A DNA stretch of 64,000 nt, from positions 42,250-106,249 of IMG/VR virus record IMGVR_UViG_3300021400_000028; one strand, given 5' to 3'. A program made the translations under genes and the position numbers. The notes beneath the pieces are model-generated. The model did not search any database and was not told the DNA's origin. It was given only the letters and a program-made list of their open reading frames with translations. The stretch comes from a virus (lineage: Duplodnaviria > Heunggongvirae > Uroviricota > Caudoviricetes). Positions 8,272 to 19,900 of this stretch are shown here, piece after piece (position 1 is the first letter of the stretch; the number at the start of each line of letters is the position of its first letter).

Positions 8272-11200
8272 ATGGCAATTAGAATTAGTGGCTTCACGAC
8301 TATTCGTCCTGAAATGGCCAATACTAGAACTTACGAGGATTTCTCTCGTTTCCTCGGTGGATTTCGTGCCGAGGTTAAATCTTGTGAATTGCTGGAACCC
8401 CTCCAAAGCCATATATAATCGATTATTTGGGAAATCAGCAGCCAAGCGTGAGGTTAACAACTCATGAAGGTTCGACGGTCATCTATTTGAAACTAATCTG
8501 GGTAAATTAGAATATAAAATAGGCAAGAGCGCAAGACATCACCAAGGGAAGGATGATGATATGACCTGAACACGTGAAATGGAAAATCACATGAAGTCTA
8601 GTTTAAACGGCTAGAATGAAACGAATTGACAAAACCTGAAAGACTTGGTCTTGTTGCCAAGCTTTATGATCAGTATACCTTCACTGGTCTTACCGAAGCT
8701 CTCTTCAATACTTATACTAACGAAAAGACTAACAAGAATTCTTGGCAGCGTCTTAACGCTTATATGTATGAATGGGATCTTGAGGTAGAACGTATTAAAC
8801 GAGTACCTATTCTCTCTATTGAGGGTAATGGTTGCAATGCAACTGACATTCTTTTCCGTTTCCCGGAAAACTACTATCAGAAGTATGATACTTTCATTCT
8901 TGAAGATCTTCGTCAGTATGTTATTGTTATGAATCGTCCTCAGCGTATTTCTGACAACTGCTTCCTTGTAGTTGGTAAGCTTGTTGATGATGATTATTCT
9001 GCTCAGCTTCCTCAGTCGTTTATTGAAAATGCTAATGGCAGACTTACTCGTTTTGTTACGAATTTTATGCCCGAACTTCATGAAGAAGGTAAGAAAACGT
9101 ACTTGTATTGCCCTCTTCCGCTTATATTTAATATAAGTGTAAAATTAAAAAAACCTCTCTAACTGCTGGAAATCCAATGTGGACAATCAGCAACGAAGAC
9201 TCAAAAGAGTAACGCTCAACGACTATCGAAAACATAACATAAAAGAAATATTTATGTGAATAAGTGAGTAGAGTAGGATTTATATCCGAAACGGGAGGCA
9301 ATTTAACAAGGATAAAACAAGTTAAATTGAAGATATAGTCTGAACATTACGGAAACGTAATGATTAACACAAAATGTATACTAAGTACCAAAGCTCAACT
9401 GAAAAATTTAGAGGCTTTATCTCTACACACCGTTGCGATGTTGATTATTCCGCTCAATACAAGAGTATGGAGGATGTATTCATTCAGATTGGTAAAGGAA
9501 AGGATGATGATCCCGTTTACCGTCTTCCTGGTGTAAAGAAGGTTCTTCTCGATAGCTTTATGCAGGTTCGTGAAGGAAAATTCACCTGGGGTAAGTCTGA
9601 CGTCGATAAGAATGGAAATCCTTGATAATCAGGGACTTACGATGGTGACATCGTACTGAAAATCACTTAAATTGCTGGGAAGCCTTAAAGCAAATAACAC
9701 TACAATACGTATGTATGATAGTATGACAAGCTTATTTGATTAGGTAATCAGCAGCAAAGGCTGTCTAAGACAGAATGTTCAACGACTAAAAATTTGAAAT
9801 CTTTATATGTATAAATACATAGTTTATAAAACGACAAATATAATAAATAATTTTATCTACATAGGTGTTCACAGAACAATTGTAGGTATAGATGACGGAT
9901 ATATCGGTTGCGGTTTATATAACTCACCGTATGCTGTTAAGCAATTTAAGCATTATAAGTTTCATAAGGCTGTTAAAAAATACGGAGTATCTAATTTCAT
10001 TAGAGAAACGTTATTTGAATACGCTGATACAGAAGAAGGAAAAAAAGCAGCTTATAAAAAAGAAGCTGAGTTAGTAAACCGTGATTTTTTAAAAAGAAAA
10101 GATGTGTATAATACAGTTCTTGGCGGAAAAATGCCATCGTCCGCAGTAGAACGAGAAGTTGCACAATATAGTTTAGATGGTGTGTTTTTAAGAATGTATT
10201 ATTCAATAACACATGCGTCTCAAACTACAGGAATTTCACATAGCGGTATTCAAGCCGCATGTAATGGTGAAATTAAATATTGTCGAGAATACCAATGAAG
10301 ATATTTTAATGGAAGTACAGACAATATTGATCCTGTGACTGAAAGAACTAAACGTGTCTATCAGTTTGATTTACAAGGTAATTATATCACGTCTTATAAA
10401 TCCTGTCACGAAGCTTCCAAAAAAACAGGTATAATTGTAACATATATTAACAATGCCTGCCTTGGAAAGATTCGTTGTTCTCATGGTTATTATTGAAGCT
10501 ACGAAAAACACTTTAATTATACTCCAGCTGATAAAAAATGTACAGCAGTTGCTTGTTATAATGATAGTGGTGAATTTATAAAAGTTTATTCGTCGATAAC
10601 AGATGCTTCCAAAGAATTAAAGGTTAGTTATGGAAGTATATATAAAGCGTTATCTGGATATAGAAAGCATTGTGCTAATTATAGGTGACGTTATTTTTAT
10701 GGTAATACCGATAACATTGAGTCGTTAAAAGATTAAGATATAGTCTGCTCTTTATGGAAACATAAAGCTAACACAAAGGACCATTTATGAGAGCGAAACT
10801 GGCCGTCCAATTATCACATCGGATGGTATCATAGCTCAGGTTGAGAGATATGCAACCAAATTCGTATTTAATAAGCTTTCTGTCGCATGGCTTAAGAAAG
10901 CTATCACCGCTCTTACTGCAAAGAGTGACAAGAGTATGGGTAACTCCTATATAGTTATCTGTAATACTTCCGCTATGGAAGATGTACAGCAGTGCATCGA
11001 TCTCTTCCTTAAGGATCGTCATACTGATGGTGACTTCCTCTGGAGTCGTGGCTCTAACGGTTATGTAAAAGCTGGTGCTACTTATGATGCATATACTTAT
11101 ATGGGTAATACTATTGCCTTTAAGGTAGAACGTTCTCTTGACGTTGAATTCCCTGATCGTAAGTACATGCTCATGATTGATCTTACCCCGGATTCGAAGA

Positions 11201-11421
11201 CTGGCAAACCCGCCCTTGCAAAATTCACCTTCAAGGGTACTGATTACGTTGAAAACTTTATCAAAGGTGTTGGTGGATTAGACGGAATCAGCTCTGGTGA
11301 AGTATCTAGCCCTGTTGCTGGGTCTAAGCTCATTGCTTGGGGTACCGGTAGTGTCGCTTGCTTCAATCCTTACAAGTCTGTTATTCTTATGAGTAACAAG
11401 ACTCAGAACCCTTGGTTCTAA
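8272..11421 (+). CDS. Major capsid protein, spliced: exons 8272-8358, 8629-9090, 9377-9622, 10780-11421 (478 aa)
   Basis: Joined exons give continuous crAss-type MCP sequence: ...FSRFLG|TKPERLG..., ...PELHEEG|YTKYQS..., ...DKNGNP|TIYESETGRPIITSDG...NPWF*. Every 5' exon ends in T and every intron ends in G. Confidence 0.9.
8359..8628 (+). ncRNA. Group I intron 1 in MCP (270 nt, no ORF)
   Basis: P1: exon CTCGGT pairs with GCCGAG with U.G at the splice site; P4 TTGCTG/CAGCAG; P7 ACGGTCA (8475-8481)/TGACCT (8562-8567); terminal G. Confidence 0.88.
9091..9376 (+). ncRNA. Group I intron 2 in MCP (286 nt, no ORF)
   Basis: P1 GAAGAAGGT/GCCCTCTTC; core CTGCTGGAAA, AATCAGCA, ACGACTA (9219-9225), AAGATATAGTCTG (TAGTCT 9336-9341); terminal G. 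Confidence 0.9.
9623..10779 (+). mobile_element. Group I intron 3 in MCP (1157 nt) carrying a homing endonuclease gene
   Basis: AATTGCTGGGAA, AATCAGCAGC, GTTCAACGACTA (ACGACTA 9782-9788), AAGATATAGTCTG (TAGTCT 10741-10746); ORF lies between the two P7 strands. Confidence 0.9.
9807..10736 (+). CDS. Intron-encoded GIY-YIG homing endonuclease with three NUMOD1-like repeats, 309 aa (3 TGA=Trp)
   Basis: N-terminal IVYKTTN...YIGVH (GIY-YIG). Three repeats of (V)xQ/C(Y/F)xxxGxxxxxYxSxxxAS... each end in Y-x-W-x-Y with W = TGA (10296, 10494, 10686). Stop TAA 10734-10736. Confidence 0.88.
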
Positions 11422-11437
11422 TAGTAACTTAAATTAG

Positions 11438-11482
11438 ATAAAGGAATCTCCCTTTCGAAAGGGAGGGAGATTCATCTTTTTA
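11438..11482 (+). terminator. Intrinsic terminator after MCP
   Basis: GAATCTCCC...GGGAGATTC stem followed by T-tract. Confidence 0.75.
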
Positions 11483-11510
11483 GATTAAGATTTTTTAAAA
11501 GAATGGACTA

Positions 11511-12392
11511 ATGATTAATAGAGAAAATAAAATAATTACTCTTAGGTCGGTTTATAAAATTAAAGAATATCATTTTCAGCCAACTAAACAGCCTAATGGA
11601 CTTAATTGGCCTTTTGTAAAACCTGTAAGAGTAGATAATGATGGACAGTCATACATGGTTCTATCTGAAGCAGAAAGAAATAGCCCAGAAGCTGATTATT
11701 TCATTCCAGAAGATATGGATATTGTAGTGACTGAAGGAACAACATTTAACCTTAACGATCCACTTCAATGCAATAAGTGGTATGCAATTAAAGATAACGA
11801 TCTTATTGCCCCAATGCGTGATGCACGTGATGCTGATGGAAACTTAGTTATTGATGGTGATAAGAAGCGTTATGGTATTGCTGAATTGTATGTTGATGTT
11901 GCAGGTGAAGATTCTGAAAGACTTCTTACTCGTCGTAAAAAGCAACTTGAAGCTCAGCAGTATGTGTTTAATGATTCTATGAATGGAATCTTAACAAAAT
12001 GTCGGCTTATTGGGCGTGATATGAGAAATGCACCATTTGCAGATGCACAGGCTCTTCTCATTGAAGAAGCGGATAAACGTCCAGATAAGATTATTGACCT
12101 TTATACTGGACAAAATACTGGAATTCAATTGCTTATTCTTGACGCAAAAGATAAGAACATTATTCGTAAGGTAAATGGTTGATTTATGTATGGAGAAACT
12201 AATCTTGGTGCAACAGACGATGCTGTACTTCAATTCTTGAAAACTCCAATGAATAAACCTATTTTGGATGCATTAAAGGTACATGTTTATCCAGAATTTG
12301 CTACGCAGATAAATACACCTGCTCCAATTATTGAAGATGTTCCTGTTCCTGAAATTAATCCAACTACTAAAAAATCTGGATCTAAAAAGTAA
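11511..12392 (+). CDS. Conserved crAss-like capsid-module protein, 293 aa (1 TGA=Trp)
   Basis: Track ORFs 11511..12182 and 12186..12392 are the same frame joined at TGA 12180 (KVNG-W-FMYG); position right after MCP. Confidence 0.75.
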
Positions 12393-12448
12393 TTACATAG
12401 ACAATTATTAGGATAGTCTATAAGTTTAACATTAAAATAATTGAACAT

Positions 12449-13435
12449 ATGTCGGAACGTGAACTTTATGAATATGCATTAATTGAGATGAATAAGGTTG
12501 AAGCACCTTCATTACTTCTCGAAGATTACAATTATTTTATTAATAAGGCTGTCCAACAATATATAAACAAAGTATATAATCGATATGATATTAATCAGCA
12601 ATCTTCTGATGATTTACGAGTTTTAAAGGCTACTGCTGAAGTTAAGCTCTATCGTGAGGATAATATGAGACTTCCAATGAATTCTCTTGATAAAACAGAA
12701 GAAGAACGCATTAGAAGAGTTGCTAATAAAGTTAAATTTACTTATGCTGGAATACTTCCTGCTGATTATGTGCATTTACTTAATTGCGTTGTAGATTTTC
12801 AAGTAAGTCGTGATTTTAAATGCTATCGTGCTGGTGATTTTGTAGAATTTGCTGCAAGACGTCTTACTGCTGATATGGCTTCTGGTATTTTACATAATGT
12901 TTATATGAAGCCAGATTATCGTAGACCTTATTTTTACATTAATAACGTCAATTCCACTATTAAATCGGATTTACGTTCTGGTAATATGACAGTATCTAGC
13001 GTAAATTACAATGTTACTACTGGTACTCGTAGTTGGAATACAACGAGTAAAGATTTGGATGCTCAAATTATGACTAGTACTGATAGAGAATCTACAAATC
13101 CTGATGGAAATCGTGTTGCTAATGCATCTGATGTTAGAATAGAAATCCGTTTTGGAGATGATGATTCTGTATTTACTCCTAAATTTGCATATATCGATTA
13201 CATTAAAGCCCCTATGTTTATTCAATTGACTTATGATGACATTACATCTACCGAAGACCATACGAGAGTTCTCGAATTTCCGGATTATGTATGTTTTGAA
13301 ATTGTTAATGAGTTTGTAAAACTGTTGATGGAGAACGCAAGTGATCCAAGACTCCAGACCAATTTTGCTGTTAATCAGACTATTGGAGATCCTACCGTTA
13401 ACACACAACAAAGTCAATCTAGGGACAAGTCTTAA
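12449..13435 (+). CDS. Virion ring/neck-type structural protein, 328 aa
   Basis: N-terminus RELYEYALIEMNKVEAPSLLLEDYNYFINKAVQQYIN resembles conserved crAss-like ring proteins (recognition by eye). Confidence 0.6.
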   Translation: MSERELYEYALIEMNKVEAPSLLLEDYNYFINKAVQQYINKVYNRYDINQQSSDDLRVLKATAEVKLYREDNMRLPMNSLDKTEEERIRRVANKVKFTYAGILPADYVHLLNCVVDFQVSRDFKCYRAGDFVEFAARRLTADMASGILHNVYMKPDYRRPYFYINNVNSTIKSDLRSGNMTVSSVNYNVTTGTRSWNTTSKDLDAQIMTSTDRESTNPDGNRVANASDVRIEIRFGDDDSVFTPKFAYIDYIKAPMFIQLTYDDITSTEDHTRVLEFPDYVCFEIVNEFVKLLMENASDPRLQTNFAVNQTIGDPTVNTQQSQSRDKS

Positions 13436-13463
13436 TACATTAACTTTTAAATTACTTTAAATT

Positions 13464-14432
13464 ATGTTTCAGTACACACACGAATTAGTTATTAATAGCA
13501 TCAATTCTGCTATTAGCAAGAAAAACTCTGACAACACTGTTACCATCGAACGTGGTGGTGAATATAAGAAAGAATTTGTTCAGGGTGGTGTTATTTGGCA
13601 GACTAACGCTGTAGAGGGTGTTCTCGATAAGATTACTCTTGATGTTTCTGCTCTTAATCTTGAAGCTGGCAAGAATTATGCTCTTAATATGTTTGTTAAG
13701 TTGGTTGATCCTCATTCTTTCTTCGAATATGGTTATCCCAACTATAATACTTTTGGTAAGCAGGTTCTTGTTGACTTTCAGTCTGTAGATGCTGCTACCG
13801 ATGCTAAGACCATTCTCGATTCTATTCTTCCTCAGGTTATGGAGAATGATCTCACTTTCGTTAAGGATGCCGGTTCTTCTGGTAACAATGTAGTTCTTGA
13901 AGTTGGACATACTGGTCTTCGTTTTGACTCCCTTGCTATTGCTGAATACGATCCTACTACTTGTGATTCTTGCATTGGTGAGTATATGGCTCCTAAGGCT
14001 CTTCTCGATCGTGGTGATTGGGACAATGCTGATTCTGCTCTTACTCACACTGCTGAAGGTGTAGATCCTTTTGCTACTGGTCAGTGGCTTATTGAGAATC
14101 TTAGATTCCCTGCATATCCTAACATCCGTTATGCTGCCGTAAATAACGAAAATTATCCTATTCCTGGTGAAAAGTATACGATGTTCTCATTTGCTTACGA
14201 ATCTCCTCGTCCTGGTCTTGGTGGTCTTTCTGGTGTTGGCCAGATGGTTGCTGCTGTTACCCGTCATATTTATTATGTTCGTGGTGATGCCTCTGTTTCT
14301 GGTACTCCCGCCGCTGATTTCAAGACTCTTCTTGGTAATCTTGGTACAGTTACAGTAACTTCTAGTTCTGTTCCTACTGCTGCTACAATGCGTACCGAAA
14401 AGTCGGTCAATGAAAAAGAAGACGCTTCTTAA
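13464..14432 (+). CDS. Putative auxiliary capsid protein, 322 aa
   Basis: Position in capsid module, MCP-like high-expression codon usage, all Trp = TGG, followed by strong terminator. Confidence 0.55.
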   Translation: MFQYTHELVINSINSAISKKNSDNTVTIERGGEYKKEFVQGGVIWQTNAVEGVLDKITLDVSALNLEAGKNYALNMFVKLVDPHSFFEYGYPNYNTFGKQVLVDFQSVDAATDAKTILDSILPQVMENDLTFVKDAGSSGNNVVLEVGHTGLRFDSLAIAEYDPTTCDSCIGEYMAPKALLDRGDWDNADSALTHTAEGVDPFATGQWLIENLRFPAYPNIRYAAVNNENYPIPGEKYTMFSFAYESPRPGLGGLSGVGQMVAAVTRHIYYVRGDASVSGTPAADFKTLLGNLGTVTVTSSSVPTAATMRTEKSVNEKEDAS

Positions 14433-14452
14433 TTTTTAGATATATAACCTTA

Positions 14453-14487
14453 AAAAGAGCGGGTGGAGTTTTTCCGCTCGCTCTTTT
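14453..14487 (+). terminator. Intrinsic terminator
   Basis: AAAAGAGCGGGTGGA-GTTT-TTCCGCTCGCTCTTTT hairpin. Confidence 0.85.
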
Positions 14488-14500
14488 AATTTAATTGCTT

Positions 14501-15196
14501 ATGACTGTAGAACAAATAGCTGCTGCGATAGAAAACGATATTTATTCTGGATTAGCTGGGCTAAATAATAGTAATATTTCAATATCTTTAGACCAATTAG
14601 AGGATGAAATTGTAGAACTTCGCGAGATAATTATAATGGAGTGATGAAGAAAAGGTATTCTTCATAAAGATGATTTACTTGAAGCACTTAATTGTGTTGT
14701 TGTGGATTGCAAAGATCCAACTAAATGTTCTGCATGTGATAAACCTTATGACGGACCTGCTGGACATTCTGAAATGCATTTCGAGATTCCTAAAACAGTG
14801 AGTGGAATTGGTGCCGACGCAATTACATTTGTTGGATCCGCTGATAGAAAAGAAAAATATCGTGTTTACTATAGTCCAACCCAAGTAAAATATCAAAAAT
14901 ATCGTAGAAAATATAAAGATAAACCTTACGTGTATATTGAAAAAACTCCAAATGAAAATGGCAATTATGATGGGTGAATTTTTAACCTACCTTATGTTAA
15001 AAGAATTGCTGTTATTGGAATTTTCAAGGATCCACGTGATTTAGAAAAATTGGGTTGTGTTGGTGATTGCGATAAATCAAAATCTGACATGGGTTCTGTA
15101 TCTTTGGAAATTAAAACAAGACTCACTAAAGAAAAAATATATTATTATAGACAAGCTTGAATGCCACCTCAGCCAAATAATCAAATAGCTAGATAA
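14501..15196 (+). CDS. Ring/tail-tube-type structural protein, 231 aa (4 TGA=Trp, incl. tandem TGATGA)
   Basis: ATG 14501 MTVEQIAAAIENDIYSGL...; open to TAA 15194-15196 via TGA 14642, 14645, 14975 and one near the C-terminus. Confidence 0.7.
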
Positions 15197-15198
15197 AT

Positions 15199-15888
15199 AT
15201 GGAACTTTTAAGTATAAATGGTGCATATGGACTTTGTGAAAGTTTATATGACATAACTCCAGACGAAGATACATTTGAAGACATTGCTTTAGAGGCCTGA
15301 AGGAAAATTAATAATAGACACACACGTCTTTATAGATTTATTGGAAGTGTTTCTAAAGGAAAATTAAAATTACCTTGTAATGTAGATGAAATAGAATCTG
15401 TACATATTCCAATTCCTGACGCACAAGTTACAAGTGATTTGTCTTATGATTTTTGGACAGAAAATATTTGAATCGAATCTTATATTGACCATCGTAAACA
15501 TTTAGAAGATCCATATTGAACTAGGGGTAAACTTGTAAAATACGATGAAGGTAATAATGAGCTTATTTTTGCACATGATTATCCTAGAGTAATGGTAGTT
15601 TATCATGGAATTATTGTAGACGATGAAGGATTGCCTCTTGTAAACGATAAAGAACTTAGTGCAATAGCAACCTTTGTAGCATATACATCTCTTTATAAGG
15701 AATCTATTAAGAAGCGTGATGGGAATTTATTAAAACTGGCTCAGGTTGTTAAGGAGGATTGGCTACGTCAGTGTAATGCAGCAAGAGTTAAACCATATTT
15801 GAATCAGAATGATATGGATAGAATCTTAGATGCAAAAATGTCTTGAAATCGTAAAACGTATGGGAAATCCTATAAACCAACCTTGTAA
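15199..15888 (+). CDS. Ring/tail tubular-type structural protein, 229 aa (TGA=Trp)
   Basis: ATG 15199, same frame as track ORF 15592; ends ...KMS-W-NRKTYGKSYKPTL*. Confidence 0.7.
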
Positions 15889-16333
15889 TACAAGAAGATA
15901 TAAAACAGGTTATTGCTTTACTGCAAAAGAATTATACGAAACAACCAATCCCGCTAAATGAAATATAACAGAAACTCTCGCATGTAAATTAAATTACGAA
16001 AGTAGATTTGTTTTATGTGGATATGTTTTAGTATATTTTCTATATCTTGTTTTTGTTGATATGATATCAAATAACGTTACTTTTGAACTTCCAACAACTG
16101 GAAGAAAAGAAGGTAGATTTTATATTAAATGTTTTCAAGATGATCTTTTTCGTAAACTCTATGCTGGAGGTAAATTTTTAGGAATTGATTTCTTAAAATC
16201 AGAATTTAAAGGATATCAGATATACTATCAATGAAAATATAATAAGACAATAAAAGAAAAACCAGTTTATATTAGTAATAATATGAAAAACTGGATGTAT
16301 AGTAAAGTTAATCAAGGAATGCAGTATTATTAA
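15860..16333 (+). CDS. Conserved crAss-like hypothetical protein, about 157 aa (start uncertain; TGA=Trp)
   Basis: YKTGYCFTAKELY...NVTFELPTTG...GKFLGIDFLKSEFKGYQ; frame open to TAA 16331-16333. Confidence 0.6.
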
Positions 16334-16911
16334 TGGATATTGTTTATGCAGAAAAATATTATAAACAAGTTCAAGAAAGATTTCCGTTTTTAAGCATAAA
16401 ACAAATTGATAAAATCATTAAATATGGACTTAGATCCTATTTTATGATGACTCATCACGGTGTAGATGTATTATTTAAGTCAAATTATTATACAGCTTAC
16501 GTTGGAAAACTATTTAATAAACCTGAGTGTTTTTGAAGATATTATAGAATAAAATGAGCAATCAAACTTCGACTTAAATACTGCCGTAATAAGCAACCGT
16601 TTAATGGAAAGTATTATTTTATTCTTAGTAAAGAAGCTAAAGAAAATAAAATTCCATCTCAAGAACATAAACGTGGAGTAAGAAAACAAAAATATACTTT
16701 TGATAGTCTTACAATATATAAGATTTTTGATGAATGCGCATTACACTTTGGAGATTATATTTACGAACTTGATTATCCTGTAGATGTTGGATTTTGTAAG
16801 AAAATAAATAATTTTACAATATCTAAATTTAGATTAGTTTCTATTAAAGATGAAAATGGAAACTTTATACCTGTAAGTGCGGAGGGTAAAAATGAAAAAA
16901 GATACAACTAA
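16333..16911 (+). CDS. Basic conserved crAss-like protein, 192 aa (2 TGA=Trp)
   Basis: Track ORF 16333..16536 extends via TGA to TAA 16909-16911; TAATG coupling to previous gene. Confidence 0.7.
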
Positions 16912-19900
16912 TACTTTTCAGGATGGATTAAATCTAGATTTACATCCTATTGTAACTCCGAATTCGGTGCTTACAGACAATTTAAATGGAACGTTCATTA
17001 CCTATAATGGTAATGAATTTTGCTTGCAAAACGACAAAGGAAACACCTATAAATGTTCTATTTCTGAAGGATTTACTCCAATTGGTGCTAAAGAACACAA
17101 TGGTGTAATATATATAGCTTCTGTTAATGATTCTGGAGAAAGTGAAATTGGATTTTATCCTGGAATTACAGACTGGAGTATTACAGATACATCTGGACGT
17201 TGAGGTTATTTAAACAATGAAACATATTCTCCTTTAAAGAATCTTTCTACTAAAAGAGAGTCTATTGCTTATAATTTACAACTTTCTGGCTGAAAAATAG
17301 AATCAGATAGTGAATGAAATGAAGTTGTTAACAAACTTGAATTATTTGGTGTATCTGCTAACGAGGCAAATAAACAAAAAGGTCGTAATTTTATAGAGTT
17401 TAAAATTGTTGAAAATGAATATTCTATAGATGATTGTGTTGCAGCAATAGCCGATCTTGGATATTTTAATGAAGTTAAAATTACAGCAACAATTCGTGAT
17501 TATGAAATAGTAGAACGTAATTCTTTTAGAACAAGTAAGCTAAATTTTAGTAAAGAATATCCTGTAACTATTGAAATTCAAGATTCATATGATGGTTCTG
17601 TTAATCTTATTCTTACTGATGATAATAATCCAGTTAGAATAATTAATACTGGTTTTACAGTTGTTGGAAATAAATATCAAGTAATAACTCGTAACCAAGA
17701 AATTGAAACAAATCTTTATGACGAAGATCAATTTACAGAACAAACAAATCTTGTTAGAATTACAAATAAAATAACTAATGCTACGTTAAATACAGTTAAA
17801 CCTGGTGGTCAATTAAAAGGTGGCAATTACAAATTCTATATTAAATTCGGAGATGCTGATTTTAATCAGAGTGATATTGTTGCAGAATCTGGAATTGTTT
17901 CTATATTTAATGGAACTGATGGAAGACCAGATACAATTTCTGGAACTCTTGCGGATGAAAGAACTGATAAAATGGTTTCTTTGTCTATTACTGGTTTAAA
18001 TGCTGCTTATTCCAAAATATATATTTATTATACTCGCGAATATTCAGATACAAACGGCTATCGAATGTCTGAAGCAGCAATGCTTACAGAACCATTTGAA
18101 ATGATGCCGGATGGAACATTAACTGAACCATTAAATATTTGAATTACTGGATTTGAACAAATCACTCCAATTAGTGTAGAGGATTTAAACATTGATTACC
18201 ATACTGTTGATTATGCAAAAACAATTACTCAACAACAAGATATGCTGTTTTTGGGTAATGTTGGACAAAAAGAAACCTTTGAACTTTATAGAACCTTAGA
18301 AGGATTTACGAAACGTGTAACAACAACAGTAAAGCAAGATACAACTTTAGATGCTGTTTCTTGTGACTATAAAACTGGAGATGAGTATTATTCTACTCGA
18401 AATATTCATGATAAACTTGGTTATTGGCCAGATGAAATTTATAGATTTGGTATTGTTTACATCTTAAAAGATGGTTCTACTACACCAGCATTTAATATGA
18501 GGGGTGGTAGTTTATCTTCAATAAATGAATCCATAGGCGCTGATACTGAAGTCGAAAATGCAAATGATTATGGTATTTTTAAAACACCAAATGTTGGTGT
18601 AATTACAGATAATACAATATATCCGATTTCTTTTGAATTTAAACTTCCTGATGCCCAAGATTCAGAAAAAGAACAACTTGAAAAAGTAATTGGGTGATTT
18701 GTTGTAAGACAAAAAAGAATTCCTAGAACAATTTGCCAAGGTTTGTCTATTGGTATTGATAAAGATAGTCATTTACCAATGATTTGAAATGGACATGATT
18801 GAATTATTGAAAGTTTTTTGTCTTTAAATCGAGATATATTAACGTTAACTTCAGAAGAAATACAAAAAGTAACACAAGAATATTTACCAACACATCTTAA
18901 AGAAAAGCAAGATTGCAATTATTGGGGATTGCTTAATTTTATACTTCCTGGTGCTGGAGACATTGCTATGATTAAATGTTCCGGTGCAACAGATAGTCAG
19001 ATTACAAGTCAGATTACAAGTCTCATTGAAGAATCTAAGACATCTGAAAAAATTCCAGAATTAACATATTTGTATTCAAAACGAGCCATTGCAAAAGCTT
19101 CTAAATATTATTGCTATTATAATATATATGATGATTCTATTTTAACGCATATTTCACGTTTAGATGAATGGAAAAAAGATCCTGCAAGAGCGGATTATTA
19201 CATAATTGACGAAATCGTTAATAAACGGGCAGATAAATGTGCTGTACACGAATTAGAAATGTATTCTAAAGATGATTCTAATGTTATTTTATTAAAAATA
19301 TTACTTTTAACAGATTTAAATACAGCAAGTCCTCAAGATATTGTAGTTGAATATAATGGTTCAAAATATCGAGTTCCTGTATATATTGGTGAACAGTTTG
19401 CTAAAGAAGCTGATGGCGATATTCAAACGTATCGAATTATACATGAGTCTGATTTAGACTTAAACGGATGAGGATTGTTAACATTAGACCCTTGTGTAAA
19501 CAATACAATAGCTGGAACAATTGATGGTTCTGAATTCATAGTTAGACGCGAATATAATACAGAAACTGCCTATGGAGTAAATCCAGAAACAGACGAAGCG
19601 GATTTAGATAACAACTATAATGGAGAATTTACTAGAATTGATAGTATAAAATATGAATTTAATAATTTAGATATAGGAACCACCGGTATACCTTGTGTTT
19701 ATGTTGGAAAAGAAACCAGAAACAAATCAGTTAATGGCTTTTCTTTTTCAAATATTGCTGGAAATGCAAATTCATTTACGGATTATAATTATACAACAAA
19801 ACAGTTATTTTTAAAGAAAACCGGAAATGATAAAGACGCGAAACTTGTATATAGTACGGATAACAATAATGATTCTTATAATATAAATATTGTTAGAGGT

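Noticed and set aside
8266-8460. Minus-strand ORF over MCP exon 1/intron 1, and intron-derived tail of track ORF 8626..9162
   Set aside because: Explained by the intron structure; the residues after ...HEEG are intron sequence.
18992-19021. Short tandem repeat (AGTCAGATTACA x2) in the muzzle gene
   Set aside because: In-frame SQIT-SQIT-S duplication, too short to suggest phase variation.
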